The translations under genes were made by a program, and so were the position numbers. DNA of 64,000 bases from assembly GCF_009914755.1 (NCBI RefSeq), contig NC_060942.1; one strand, given 5' to 3'. Shown piece by piece: positions 27,958 through 41,823 of this stretch (positions are counted from its first letter, which is position 1; each line of letters opens with the position of its first letter). This DNA comes from the human T2T-CHM13v2.0 reference genome, Homo sapiens. Under the pieces are notes generated by a model. That model saw only the letters and a program-made list of their open reading frames with translations. It was not told where the DNA came from and made no database searches.

Positions 27958-30900
27958 CTGAGTGTGTTTTTATGTATTAATTCCTTTACTCTTATAATAA
28001 TTCTATGAGGCAGATGCATTTATTACTCCCGTTTTACTGATGAAGAATTAGAGGCACAGAGTAGTTCAGGAACTTGCCCAAGTCTATATAGCTAGTAAGT
28101 GGTAAGACTGAGAGTTGTGCTAAGGGCAGTCTGGCCCCTGAGTCTGCGTGCTTAATCATCATGCTATTTAGATATGAGGATGCGCTTCACCTTCAGCAAG
28201 CATCTGAAAGCTGGGAGATGTTATGAGTGAACACAGAGTGTCCAGTGGCTTAAATATAATGCTGAGGCCACAAAAATGCTGGAACAGACTGCTGTATCTT
28301 TTACCAACTGGGGTATCACTTGCTCTCTGGTGTCCAGAGACCTCGTTTGTTCACAGCTACACATAAGCTCTGATGTCTTTGGGCTGCTTGGCTGGTGTTT
28401 TCAGCGATGGCAATAGTTCATGGTTTTATCCTCTTCCTTCTGGCTTGTTCTCTGGTGGATTCCCAGTGCCTTCCCAACTTATATTTCCAAACTTCCTTCT
28501 TGGAGGTTTGGCATCTCTGGTGGGAGCTCTGACACAGACTGTTGCACATGCCCCCATCCAGCCAGATACCAGCCTTTCCCGTTCTCTGTGCCATATCTTG
28601 GGTTATGCTCTGAGGGTGCCACAGGGATGCCCAAGGCATGGTTTTGGCACCTAATAGATTTCTGATTGCTTGAAAAGAGGAGAAATGAATTATATGAGAG
28701 CATAAAATCAAGTGTCAGGTGATACGGTTCCTGTTAAGTGTGAGAAGAAATTCAGAGACAAGAAGGTGACATCAGGCCAGTGGGAGTTAGGAGATGTGCA
28801 AGCCTGTCCCAGAGTGGTCACACTTGCTGTGTGACCTTGGCCACTTACTTCCCGTCTCTGTGCTTCAGTTCCCTCATCAGTAAAATAAGGGAGTTAATCT
28901 AAACTCGAATGTTGCCTTCAACTCTAAAATTTAATAATTGTAAGACCTCCTGGGATGAAGAAACATGTAAAATTTGCCCCCAGATGAGGAAGTCTTTGAA
29001 TGGGGAAACAAAAGAGTTGGTAAATACTTTCTGGAAGTTCCCATTCAGCACCCCCAGGGCTGCCCATTGGCCCCATCTCACCATCGCTCCCACTTTGTTC
29101 CACACGACCTCCCCAGGTTGGCCTCACTGCTTTTTCCCTCCCTCCTTCCCTCTTCCAAGCCTAGATTGTTCCAGTATTTGTAATTGGTTCTCTGCATCCC
29201 TTAGACATCGCCGAGTCGATCTCAGCCAATTTTCCTCCCTTTTGATGCATCTCTTTCATCCCTCTGCTGCTGGCCCTTCCTCCCCCACCATCACTGCTTT
29301 CCCTTCCCAGAACCTTGACTCCAGCTCATCCATCTTTCCAGAGTGCGGCTGATCCTGGCGTTCCCCTTCCAGTGCATTTGGGGGACAGGTGCTGTCGGGA
29401 TGCACACATGGAGAGAATGAGATGCTCCCCCCTTCCCTGGGCACAAGGAGGATAATGATCCTGAGCGCTTCCCTCCCAGGGCATGATGAGAATCAGTGAG
29501 TTAATGCCCATAAAGTATTATAATGACTCCATGGAGTCATCTGATGGAGCGATGAGGAACTGGGCATCTGGCTCTAATTTACTTAGAGCTGGAGAATTCA
29601 GGCAGAAGCGGCAGCCTAAATTTTTTTTTCTTTTTGTACCAACCACTCACCCCAATGCAGAGCAGAATTTCTAAGCACAAACTGACACCACCTAGTGAGA
29701 TTTAAAGACACCAAATTCTCAATTCATGAGACCTGTGTCAGGAAGATTCATTACAGATATCCTGTTGTCCCCACACCCCACCCTTTCCCCTTTGATGGAT
29801 TGGAAACATGTTCTGAGCCCTTAAGTGTCATAATTCAACTGCCAAGCTGGTTGGTTAGTGGGTCTGGGAGGAGAAACTTTATCTTCTAATTCCAACCATG
29901 TGTTGTGTTCTTCCCTCCCTCCCTCTGTCCCTTCTTTTCTGCCATGTGTATTTATTGGGGTACCTCCTTTGGTGTGACCACATGCTGGATATGACACCAG
30001 GTTCCTCTTTTGGGTGTCTAGACAGCAGGAGAAGAAGAAACTGCCAACCTGGAACTCAGAGCCAGGTGGTTCCATAAATAGCTTGTGGAATCCTTGCTTT
30101 CACTGCACCCACCAGCCGTTTCTCCACCCACCTCCTTCCAGCTTCTGAGTCTGCTTTGTGCTGCTCTTCCCTCTGCATCTTTGCCCATGTGGTTCCTCCT
30201 TCCACAAATCTCCTTCCTGCTCATCCATGGAGATACAACCTTCTTTAAAAAAAAAAACCTGTCAACTCACACCCCAGTGTCACCACACTCACCAAGCAAC
30301 TTGTCATCCTGAATCCTGCAGACATCCGACCATCACAGCCAGCCATTCCTCTGTCCACCCCCAGACTCTTTTGTCTCACTGTGTCCAGGCTGGTATTGCA
30401 GGTAGACATGCTGTTTTCACAGGGTGGACTTGATGGGGAAAGCCATACCCTTTGTATCACGTACTTAGCACCACGAGGCTGGCAGCAAACCCCTTTGCTC
30501 TGCCTTTGTTCCTGGCTAATTAGAGCCTGTTTCCACTGTTGTCGCTGTCTTTCCAGCCATCTCTTCCCCCACAGGAACTCCAGCCTCTGGCCATGTTGTT
30601 TCCATCCTACTTGTAACCCCTTATGATAACAAATGGCCACTCTTTGTAACAGAATAAAATCCAACCATAGCTCTGACCCAGCTTAGTGTCTACCTCACCT
30701 GGAATGCAGCCCCTTCAACAGTGAAGGTAATGTTATAAATACTGACTATCTTGGTCCCCACAGATCTCTTTCCCGTCACACCTCCTCTGAGCCCTCTAGC
30801 TTTGCTCCTTTGAAAACCCATAAGCCTTATTTCTGTCTTTGGAGTATAATCACCTTGAAAGTAGAGACTGTGATTATAATAGCATCTCGGTAAACCCCAA

Positions 30901-31100
30901 TAAATATTTGTTGGTTGATTGATTTACTGACATTACTGGGCCGGAATCTGGTTTCTGGACTTTGTTGCCGTGTTTATTGCCATCTGTTAGGCAAGTGAGC
31001 CTCCTCACAGGTTTTGTCTAGTCCAGGCTGAGAGGTGGAAAGGTCATGGACTCTGGTGCTGGGAGGAGGTGAACCAAAATAATTACTAGAAAAAAAAGTG

Positions 31101-31489
<389 letters not shown>

Positions 31490-32249
31490 TTAATGTAAGT
31501 GAGGATTGTGCTTCCTGGGACTCTCATTCTGCTAAAATATTGAACACACTTGTAAACCTAAGCACCTTCTCTCTCTTGCTGGCAGGCAGTAATGACTGTA
31601 AGACAAAACAGCTACTTTCAGTTCAAATGCATAACTGTTTTTCATTGATCACAGAAATAAAAACACAACCCTAATGAATGAGTTCATAAAGCATCCTCCC
31701 CACTTTATGGAATTTGTCCGAATTCTCTCCATCATTTGTCTGCCCTCTGCTCCCCTGCCCACTTCTGCATCCTCTCTATTCTGACCATAGGAAACACTTC
31801 CACAAGATTCTCACTGGCTTCAACATTCAGTGCAGGGGGGACCTAGGTTTAGTCAGAAACATTGTACATATACAACAGTGGAAATTAGGTGGGTCCTCAA
31901 ATACATTAGCTTGTAGCCAAGAAAAGCTTATGTGGAAAGGGCCCTTCTGAAAGATGGTCTGATTTCTTCAAGGTCAGGCTTACCATTGGATAAACTCCTG
32001 GCCACTGTGAAAGTTCTCCTGCCACCCCTGACAGAGACTATGGGTGGGCTGTCTTCTGCCCAGAGGGGCAGCTGCCTCCACTACCTCGCCACTGCCCGCC
32101 CTTCTTCTGGGGTCCTCCAGTGGCCCCTTGATTGGGCAGGGAAGCCTGCACCCACTCCCTTGGCCACGTCCATCCTAGCCTGGGGAGAGGCAGCGGTCTA
32201 TTCCGGGGGCCCCAAGCCACATCCAGCTTCCTGTCTGTTTTTCTTTTGT

Positions 32250-32480
32250 TAAAGCCAAATGAAACAATGTAATTAGCTTGTTACAATTAAAGTGACTCGA
32301 CTGGATAAATTGTAATCACCCAGAATCAAGTCAGGCATCCCTGCAGGTCCCGGACATCGCAGCTGAGCTGCCTCATTTGCATAATTAAAATATACAAATG
32401 ATAATGGATTTTGTACTCAATTTCCAGCGGCTGTGAATTTGAGAAACTCTGAAATTAGAATAACAGAGATGAAGCCCGCC
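32250..32480. promoter_or_regulatory. Candidate SOX/POU/homeodomain enhancer
   Basis: AACAATG at 32263 next to TAATTA; octamer ATTTGCAT at 32375 overlapping TAATTA; non-repeat sequence. Confidence 0.4.
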
Positions 32481-35429
32481 TAGAGGTAATGGGGATGACA
32501 AGTTTTGACAGTAGGGGTGTTTATAACGCTAGTTTCTCACTACAAAATAAATAAGTACAAAAAAAGATTAGAGAATGATATTAGTTAATAGTTCCACGGG
32601 CAGTGGGAAGTGGAGATAGACTATGATTACCTCTGTGAATTTACACTGTCTTTTCTTTCTTTCTTTTTTTTTTTTTTCTGACAAGCTCTTGCCTAACCTT
32701 AGGGGATACCTTCTCCCTGATTATGAGAAATCGAGAATGAATTAAATGCATAAAAAGGGTTGTCACAGATCGACTCACCAAAGGAAAAGAAGAGAAATGA
32801 AATTAGTCTTGCTGCTCTTGCTTCCAGCTAGGGCTGCATTAAACGGAAAGTGTGCTGAGCGGGGCAGAGTGGCAGGAGAGGTGGGGAGGGGCTGTGACAG
32901 TTAGAGGAGGGAGGGGTTGGCATAGTCCAGGAGGGCAGACATCAGGGTTCAGGCAGAACTGAACAACAGTGGAGCCAGAACACAATATTACTTGTGGAAT
33001 GAGATTTGAGAGAGTATCGGATAGACTCCTTTACTCAAAATATACCCCGCAGCGGGGACAAAACATTTTGGTGGATACACACTTGCATATAAGCACCATG
33101 TTCTCTGCCAATACACAGAACATCAAAATACAAATAAGGTTGTTCTTTTTTTTTCCCTGTAAATTCGGTGAAGTTGGGGCTAGATCTGTCTACTTCATCT
33201 GGTATTCCCAGGACCTAATACATAGTAGGTCCTTAAAAAGTATTTGTTGAATGAATAAATGTATGGATAGGAGAGATGGAGGACAATGTAAGAATATTGG
33301 GAATGGATGGGAAAAGACCCTGAAGGCTCAAATCATCTGTATTCCTGTTCTTGGAGCCAGCAGAGCCTGGACATTGGAGTTCCCATTGGGAATGGGTGTA
33401 AGGTGTCAGAGTCCATCTTCCCTGGACTAGCCTGCCTGCTTTTTGTGGTCAGTATGTTGCAATGGAAACTGGACAAAATCTCTCTGCCAGAAACAAAGTG
33501 AAAGCAGCAATTTGCAATCAGCCAGTGAGGACCAGGAACACTGCTGTCTGGGAAGGAAATCCAGAACCCAGGCTCTGGGCCTCTCCCATTGATGGGCTCA
33601 GCACAGAAGCTGTCCAATGGGGCAAGAAAGAAAACTGCCTGTTGGGGAAATGGGGGTGACTCTGACTGATGTATCTTCCCAACTCATTGGAAAAGATGTG
33701 CAGAGTAGGGCAATCAGGAAATTGACCAGGCAGCCAATCTACTTTATGGTCAGGGACTTGGGCAAGGAAATGCACCAGGGGAGCTAGGGGCAGGTGGTTG
33801 GAATCTAATGCTGGGTGGAGAAGGAGGGATGTGAAGGGAGTCAGGTTCTCTAGCCTGGGCTCTTGGGAACCATTCTTCCTGGGAGCCTGTAAATAGAACA
33901 GCTTCCCCTGGCAATGGTATTGAGCAAGCCCTCTGAGCTGGGAGAGAGACAGGAAGGACCACTGTCAGTTGCCCAGAGGACTTCACACTGGCCTCCCAGC
34001 CAGAGAGTGAGTAGCAATCCAATTCGTCTCTTTTGGGCCCTGGCTCTGAGGTAGGACTTGCCTAATCCCAGGTTCTGAGGAACGATGGGGTGAGATGCCA
34101 TAATAAGAGTGAAGTTTCTTGGAGGAAGGCAGCAATGCTCACAGATCTGGAAATACACAGACTTCAGGACAGGGATGGTGATTATAAATTTCAAGTTAAT
34201 GATAGGAAAAAGCCAACCATGTCCTTGAGGGCTAGAACAGGCTGAGTTGAGGCCTTTGGATGTGCTTCAGGCCTGCTTTGGGCATCATTGTACTATGGGG
34301 ATCAGAAATGCCACCATGGACCATCCATTGGTTCATCCAGTCTTGGCGTCTACTCCTGAAAAAGGGCAGTTGATGGGGCTTCAACAACTTTGGGATTTCC
34401 CCCAATCCTCCAAATGTCCTTTAACCATTAGGAATATTTTCATAAGTTTATCTAAATCCTCCTTGAATCCACCTGCATTGCTGTCTGCTGCCTTGTAATT
34501 TTTACCTCTTTTAGGAAGTTTTATTTATCAGGACTACTTCTTACATCTTTTAAGATTGGGGGCAGCTGCTGAACAAATTCTGCCACCTGGATGTAACACC
34601 ATGTCTGTTTTCATGCCTCTCATAACTTTCAGCCACAATCTCAGCCCTCGAGTCTCCAGTTTCCATCCTTTGAAAAGTCTCCTCAGGCCTCCTCCTTATC
34701 CCTGGGCCACTTAATTGCCTCCCCGTTTGCCTACCAGTGCACAAGACATTTCACAGAGCATAGGGAAGTTGGTCTTGCAGCCAGGGTGTGGCAAAGTTTG
34801 TGAAATCTGTTCTACAAGTGGGAGGCCCCTCACTCATCCTTCAGAGAGACTGCCATGTCCTGCCAACTGGGTCAAACTCTAGGTCAGGCTGTGCAAAGAG
34901 AAATGCTGATCTTCAACATGATGCTATTGGCCATTGTGTGGGAGGCTTGGCATTACTGCTGGAGCTGAGGGCCTGGGTATTTTTCCTAGGCACACAGTGC
35001 AGGAAGAGAAGGCCTGTTAGTGATGTGCTGGACAGACAGTTCCCATGTGTGGACAGGGAGGGAAGTGGGAACAGCATGTGCTCCCTCCTCCCACTTACTT
35101 TTTCTAGAACGCAACATTGTGTCAATATGGATAGTATGAAGTGTAAGTTCCTTGAGGGCCTGGACCATACCTATTTTATTATTATATCCCCAGCATCTAG
35201 CATAGTGCCTGGTACATAGTAGTTGCTTAATAAGTATTTGTGAAATAAATTAATGAATAAGCATGTGCTGTTTTTTTTACGATGAAGATACATTATGGAA
35301 CATTACAAAAAAGAAAATCTATTCTTAGGTTCAAATTTGTCAGTTTATTACTAAATCTACCAATTGGTATTAATCACATTTTAGGTTGACCCAGGGCTTG
35401 TCTTCTGAGTTTTTCCCTTCTTACATCCA

Positions 35430-36150
35430 CCCATTCATTCTTTCATGCCAGGCTCTGTTCTCAGCCTGAGGGGTCTAACAGTGAACAAGTTCCCACTTCC
35501 CTCAGTTATTCTCGCTAGATCTTATTTCTTGTTATAGCTTACGTCTAGGTACTGCCACTGTCACGGCTCCGGGCCAGGCTACCATCATCTCTTACCTGGA
35601 ATATTGCCTTTTGGGTTCCCCTAATTCAATCTTCCACCCCCTCTTGTTGTTTTCCACACTGCAGCTCCAGTGATCTCTCTCAAAAAAGAAATCTGACCAC
35701 CCATCTCTCTTAGGTAAAACCCTTTCTTGCCTTCAAAGCTCATGGCAATCCACGTCTGCTCACCTCTTCCACCCTAGCCCTCACCACTCCTGCCTCACAC
35801 TCACCTTGATTTCCTCCGTGGCCTAGAAACATCCCAGCTCTTTCCTCTCTCTGGGCCTTACCCTCACTAGTGTGTCTGCTTGGCTGCTCCCCATGGGGCC
35901 ATTCTGTTCTCCAGCCAGACCTCACGCCCTCCTCTGGAAAACCTCCCTGTCCCCGTGGGTTGGGGCCTCTTGCCTGTGCCTCCTCCATGTTCTGAAGCTC
36001 TGCTTATGTCACTGGGATTGCTTGTTTTAGGTGCCTCTTTCTCCTATTAGAACTGGAGACATCGGAGGGCAGGAATGGCCGTGCATCTCTAGCTCTGGTT
36101 ATAGTGCCTGTCATATAGCACTGTTCAATATATTTACTTGCTGAATGAAA
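35430..36150. mobile_element. LINE-2 fragments
   Basis: ccaggctaccatcatctcttacctgga, tttccacactgcagc, ggagggcagg...tagtgcctg. Confidence 0.65.
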
Positions 36151-37635
36151 GAGCGCATAAAAGATGATAGCTAGAATTATGAGACTGCTAAGAAAGAAGG
36201 GAAGTGGAGGGAGGAGGAGGATCTTGAGGAATATTTACACCCAAAGGTCAGAGAGAAAAAGAAGCACTAGAGGGAAACACTCCCTGAGAGGCAGGAGGCC
36301 AGCAAAATTCAACAAAACCGAAGCCCAAGAGGACCAGAAAGGGCTAGCCATCTGGCCAGGGATGGGTTTTCTGCACAAGAAATATTACCTTCCCTCCTCC
36401 CTCCCAGATGGGCCCATTTGGGTCAGGAGATCACCCAGGTCCACTATTTTCCAGTCCTTGATTAGGAAGACCAGATCAATGTTCCCTTCCCATTTGGAAG
36501 GCTTTGGGACACAATTTTCTTGGGGCAGATGAGTGTCACCAGAGCTGCTCATGGAATCTTCTGGGCACATGGACCTAGGGAGGGGATGTTCTACTCCTGG
36601 ATAGCCCCTGCCTTTGAGTCTCTCCCTCCTAGAGGCAATGCACATCTGCCCTGTATCTGAAACCTCCGAGCAGCCAATCTGAGCCCTTGTCTATTAGAGA
36701 ATTAATTTTTAATGGGTTTTATAGCATGGTGGATAAATCAGTTAGGGAGAGACAAGGAGCTGGCAATGCCTAATGAATATCGATTGGGCCATTTAAAAGG
36801 GAAACCTTGCCAAAAGGGGGACAGCCACCCCACAGAATCAAAATCAGCTGTGTGGAGTGACTAAGGGGCAGCAGTGACATCTTCCTCTCTTCTGTGGCTG
36901 AAAATATTCTCCAACGTGTTGACCACTGATGCTTTAAATTGCACCACTTTTTGGGTAAGGGCCATGCCTTTTGTTAAGATTCACATATCTGTGAGACAGG
37001 AACCTATTTTCAATATGTAATTCCTTAGTATAAATTAGTTATGTAGATGTTTCCCAAAGGATATAAATGAGAAGAGCAGGACTGAGTTGGAGGGATCTTG
37101 AACATTTTCTTGGGGTTGGCTGTGTCTGGGAACCCAGAAGAGAAGATCTCAAACAGACATACAAACACTTTTGGGGATACATGGTGGTGTGACATGGGGC
37201 AGGCAAAGCCTTGGGAATGATATTGCATATTTTGCAATGCCCATTTTACTTGAAGATTGAATGAAAGGTGTTTTTCATCAAAGCATATTTTCAGGAAGGA
37301 GAATGCACAATTGGCAGCATAAAGAAATGTCTTGTTTTGTTCTCTGTTTTCTCTTTCTGCTATAAAAGACACCTCATTCAGTGATGCAGAGAGATCTGGC
37401 TTCAGAGGGCAAAAGCTCTGGATTCAAGTCTTGGTTCTCAGCCTAACCAAAAGGAGTACAAGAATAATGAACAAATCATTTATTGTCCTATGAAAGAGTA
37501 TACAATTAAGTGCTAAAGTTTGCTACATAGACTGTAAAACAAGGGGATTCTATGACCTCTGAAGACCCTTCCAGCTCTAACATGCCATCACTATTAAAAA
37601 GGTGCATTGTTTTAAATATGACATCATGTTAAGGC

Positions 37636-37830
37636 TTTTTTTAAATTATACTTTAAGTTCTAGCGTACATGTGCACAGTGTGCAGGTTTGTTACATATGT
37701 ATATGTGTGCCATGTTGGTGTGCTGCACCCATTAATTCGTCATTTACATTAGGTATATCTCCTAATGCTATCCCTCCCCCCTCCCCCCAACAGGCCCTGG
37801 TGCATGATGTTCTCCTTCCTGTGTCCAAGT
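37636..37830 (-). mobile_element. Short 5'-truncated L1PA 3' end
   Basis: ttatactttaagttctag.gtacatgtgcac...cctaatgctatccctcccc. Confidence 0.93.
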
Positions 37831-38488
37831 TATGTGCCACATTCCTAAATAAGTTTGCCCATTTCCCCTTGGCAATCCCTAATAATGTTTTCAGTGATAG
37901 TGTCTTCATGTAAACCATGTTAGAAACTTTTCCTGGAGGATTACCTTCAGGGCCAGTAATGAACCATGAATAAGTAACCATTTCATTAAAAACAGTCATA
38001 CCTCCTAAGCACAATGTGTGCTGGGAGATGTGGGAAGATGGGTAGGTCAGGGGTTCAGGAAGGGTCAGGTAGAGGCAGCCTTAGACACAGCTGTGGAGTT
38101 GTAGGGATTTTTATTTCAAGGCTTACTCTTTCACCTGGTTCCTTTATCACACAGAACTTGCCTTCCTTAGTTCAGGATTTTCTTGATATGGCCAAATAAA
38201 TAAAATTTCTCACCACCCAAGATTTGGTCATGCAGTTCTCTCTTCCTTCATCCCAGGAAAACCTTTTAACCCTATATCTTGTCTGTTGGGGGCCCAGGCT
38301 CAGAGATCCCCAATGTAGGAATGGGCTGGAGCAGTGGTTCTCACCAGGTGGGGCACATTGGAATCCCACAGGAGGGGGAGGTATTTCCCTTCCCCTCTCT
38401 ATGACATTCTTCTTTCCAGAGATGGTTTTGTCCCTGTGGTAGGACCCAGAGGTGTGCCTCTTACAAGGAAAATCAGAGACCATCCATT

Positions 38489-38950
38489 CACAATGGTTAA
38501 TTTTATGCATCAACTTGACCGGACCACAGGGTGCCCAGATATTTGGCTAAACATTTCTGAGTGTGTCTCTGAGGGTGTTTCTGGATGAGATTAACATTGG
38601 AATTGGTAGACTGACTACAGTACATTTCCCCTAACGTAGCTGGGCATGATCCAATCCATCGAGGCCCAGAAAATAACAGAAAGGCAGAAGAAGACTTTCC
38701 TTTCTCTAGTGGATTGCTTGAGCTGCAATATTGGGGGACTTACCATCAGCACTCTGGTTCTCAGGCTTTTGACTTGGACTGGAACATCCCTGACTTTCCT
38801 GAATTTCCAGCTTGCATATGGAAGATCAGGGAATTTTCAGCATCCATAATTGTGAGAGCCAGTTCCTTATAATAAATCTGTGTGTGTGTGTGTGTGTATG
38901 TGTGTGTGTGTGTGTGTAGTCTCCTATTGTTTCTCTGGAGAACACTAATA
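38489..38950 (+). mobile_element. MLT2B/C/D-like ERVL solo LTR with (TG)n
   Basis: atggttaattttatgcatcaacttgac...tttctggatgagattaacatt...tctctggagaacactaata. Confidence 0.85.
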
Positions 38951-39197
38951 TGTCATTCCAGTGGGGAGTTAGCTAGGAAAGTGATGAGACCTCTTGTGTT
39001 TCAAATCGTATAGCTTGCCAGTGTAGAACTGTGAACAAAGTCATTTTTTTCTCAAATCTGTAGGCCAAAAGAATGATATCTGGAGTTTGATACAACTTTA
39101 AGAGATCATCTAGGGCAACTTTATCTTCTTATGAATGAAGAAGCAGGTCCAGAGGTCTTGCTAACATTTTAAAGCTAGCTGGTGACAGAATCAAGTA

Positions 39198-39559
39198 CAA
39201 ACGGTCCCTGACATGATGGTCTTATGATGGTTCAACTTATGAGTTTTCCACTTTACCGCTGTGCAAAGGTGATACACATTCATATAAACTGTACTCAAGT
39301 ACCCATACAACCATTCACTTTCACTTTCAGCACAGTATGCAACAAATTACATGAGCTATTCAATACTTTATTATAAAATAGCATTTATGTTAGAAGATTT
39401 TGCTCAACTGTAAGTGTTCTGAGCATGTTTAAGGTAGACTAGATGAAGCTACAATGTTCGGTAGGTTAGGTGTATTCAATACATTTTCTGCTTAGGATAT
39501 TTTCAGCTTATGGTGGGTTTATTAGGACTTAACCCCCTCATAAGTCAAGGAGCATCTTT
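39198..39559. mobile_element. MER47A-like Tigger MITE
   Basis: About 360 bp; atgttcggtaggttaggtgtatt; degenerate TIRs with TA flanks. Confidence 0.75.
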
Positions 39560-39686
39560 ATGTAAATCTTAACACCCTAACCAGATTGTAGGCTCCCTAA
39601 GAGCAAGTACCACATATTCTCCCATAACATGTAGCATAGTTCTAAGTATGTAGTAAATTGCTCAGGAAAATCTTAATGATCGACAG

Positions 39687-39868
39687 CAGTGGTTCTCAAA
39701 CTTGAGCATGCATTGGAATCACCTTGTGAAAACACAGGTCTCCAGGCCCAACCCCCAGAGTTTCTGGCTTAGTAGGTCGGTGGTGGGGCCCTGGGAATTT
39801 GCATTTCTAACAAATTCTCCAGTGATGCTGAGGCTGCTGATCCAGGGATCACACTTTGAGAACCGCTG
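39687..39868. mobile_element. MER5A-like hAT-Charlie MITE
   Basis: TIRs cagtggttctcaaa / tttgagaaccgctg; gaatttgcatttctaacaa. Confidence 0.9.
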
Positions 39869-40019
39869 AGATGTATGTTTCAAGGATCTATCCATTTCTA
39901 ATATAATTTGAAACACTTCATTCCCAGGAAGCCTACTTTATTAGACACTAAGTGGCTACGTGAGAAATCCCAGACTTAAAAGATACTGGTTTAAAAGTAT
40001 TTAAAGTGAATAATTACCT

Positions 40020-40910
40020 TCAGGGTGGTCTAGGTAGAAAGATTAAATAAATTAAGTTGAGTCAATAGGAGTTTAAGCATCATTTGTTAAAGCAGTACTA
40101 TTAGTTTTTCTTTTCCTAGTGGAAATTCTCTTCTTGTCACATAATCCTAATTAATTATTGTATAAAGACCCGAAAACTTAAATGCACAAGGGAGTAATAA
40201 TCTTATGTTTCATTAACCAGCAGCTTTGAAAGCCAGAACCAAGCATGTAGAAAGAGCATGAGCAGTATACAGAGTCCCTTCCAAGCGGGCCTGAGGTCTA
40301 CCCTCGTGCTTTTATTTGTCGCTGAATGTGTTAACAAGAACACACATTTACACTCTTAAATATATCGTCTCTGTTCAATACAATCTTATTGGAGTTAGCC
40401 AATCAATATGAATTTCAGGAGTATTTGTCATTGATTTTGCAATACGCTTTGTAATTACTGAATCAATATAAAATTCTCAACTCATTAGGAGATTAGCTTT
40501 TTTAAAATCATTTATATTAATGTGTTTAACCAAAGGCATCGGAGCTCCTTTTTTTTTTAAAAAAAAATCACTTGTTTAATCACCTATATTAAAAATGAAC
40601 AAATGCTATAGACTAAAAGCTCACTTGATGTGATTTTCAAGGATGACTTGCCCTGTACCTTGCCTTTGATAGGACCTCAACATATTGGTTACACTGTAGA
40701 GCCCAAACCATGATATGGAACAAAATGGGGGTGCCCATCTGAATAATTTGATGGAGAAAAGATGGGGCGGGGGGAAGAAACCATTATGCCTGATAAATAT
40801 TGGCTGTAATTTACCCGTTTAATTCTGGCAATTTTGAATTTTGTATTTCACTAGTTGTTCTTTGTGATGCCTTCCTACTGGAACACAGCTTATAACATTT
40901 CATCAATTAA
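40020..40910. promoter_or_regulatory. Candidate long conserved non-coding block
   Basis: About 900 bp, AT-rich, no recognisable repeat, repeated ATCAAT and TAATTA motifs. Confidence 0.35.
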
Positions 40911-40944
40911 GAGAAAGCAGACATTTGGGCATGTAATACACACT

Positions 40945-41823
40945 TGGAGGATACAAGAAAAAATATTTTTCTACTCATAACACTTCTGACCACAAATATG
41001 TGGGTTTTCCACACCAGTTCTCTGTGGACACCATCTGGGTGTCCAGCAATTTAATTCAATTCTGGAACCACACTAAATACCCTGAGTTAGTGCAGACCTC
41101 ACAGGTTAAGGGCTAAGTCCCACAAGAATGTCCCCCACTTGAGATGCTGGTTACAAGTATTGGGTGCCCAGGGTATTCCCATTTCCGTCCAACTTGGCTG
41201 TAGAGTTCCTGCAACCTTCTCCTCAGTTTCTATAACTTGCTATATAATAGCTCATAGAACTTATGGAAACACTTTACTTAGTTTACCAGTTTATTATAAA
41301 GGATATTATAAAGGACACAAATGCATAAGGAATAATATGCCTAAGGAAGAGGTGCATAGGACAAGGTCCCAAAGAGTCCTGAGAGCAGGAGCTTCTGTCC
41401 TTGTAGAGTTGGGGTACACCATCTTCCCAGCACATGGAAGTGTTCAACCTGGAAGTTCTCTGAATCCTAGAGTTCAGGATTTTTTATGGAGGCCTCATCA
41501 TACAGGAATGATGGATTAGTAACTCAATCTCTATCCCCTCTCCCTTCCCCAGAGGATGAGGATGGGGCTGAAAATTTCAAGCTTCTAATCATGGCTTGGC
41601 CTTTCTGGTGACCAGCTCCCATCCCGAAGCTATGTAGGAGCCCACCAAAGAGTTGCCTCATTAGAACAAAAGACGTTCCTCTCACCCAGGAAGTTCCAAG
41701 GGATTTAGGAGCTCTTTGTAAGATGCCTCTATTATCCTCATCAGTCAGGAAATTCCAAGAATTTTAGGACTCTGTGTCAGAAACCAGATGCAGAGACCGA
41801 CAATATATTTGTTCTTATGTCAC
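40945..41823 (-). mobile_element. MER21-like solo LTR
   Basis: acacttctgaccacaaatatgtgggtttt, taagggctaagtcccacaaga, gaagttccaagggatttaggagct. Confidence 0.8.
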
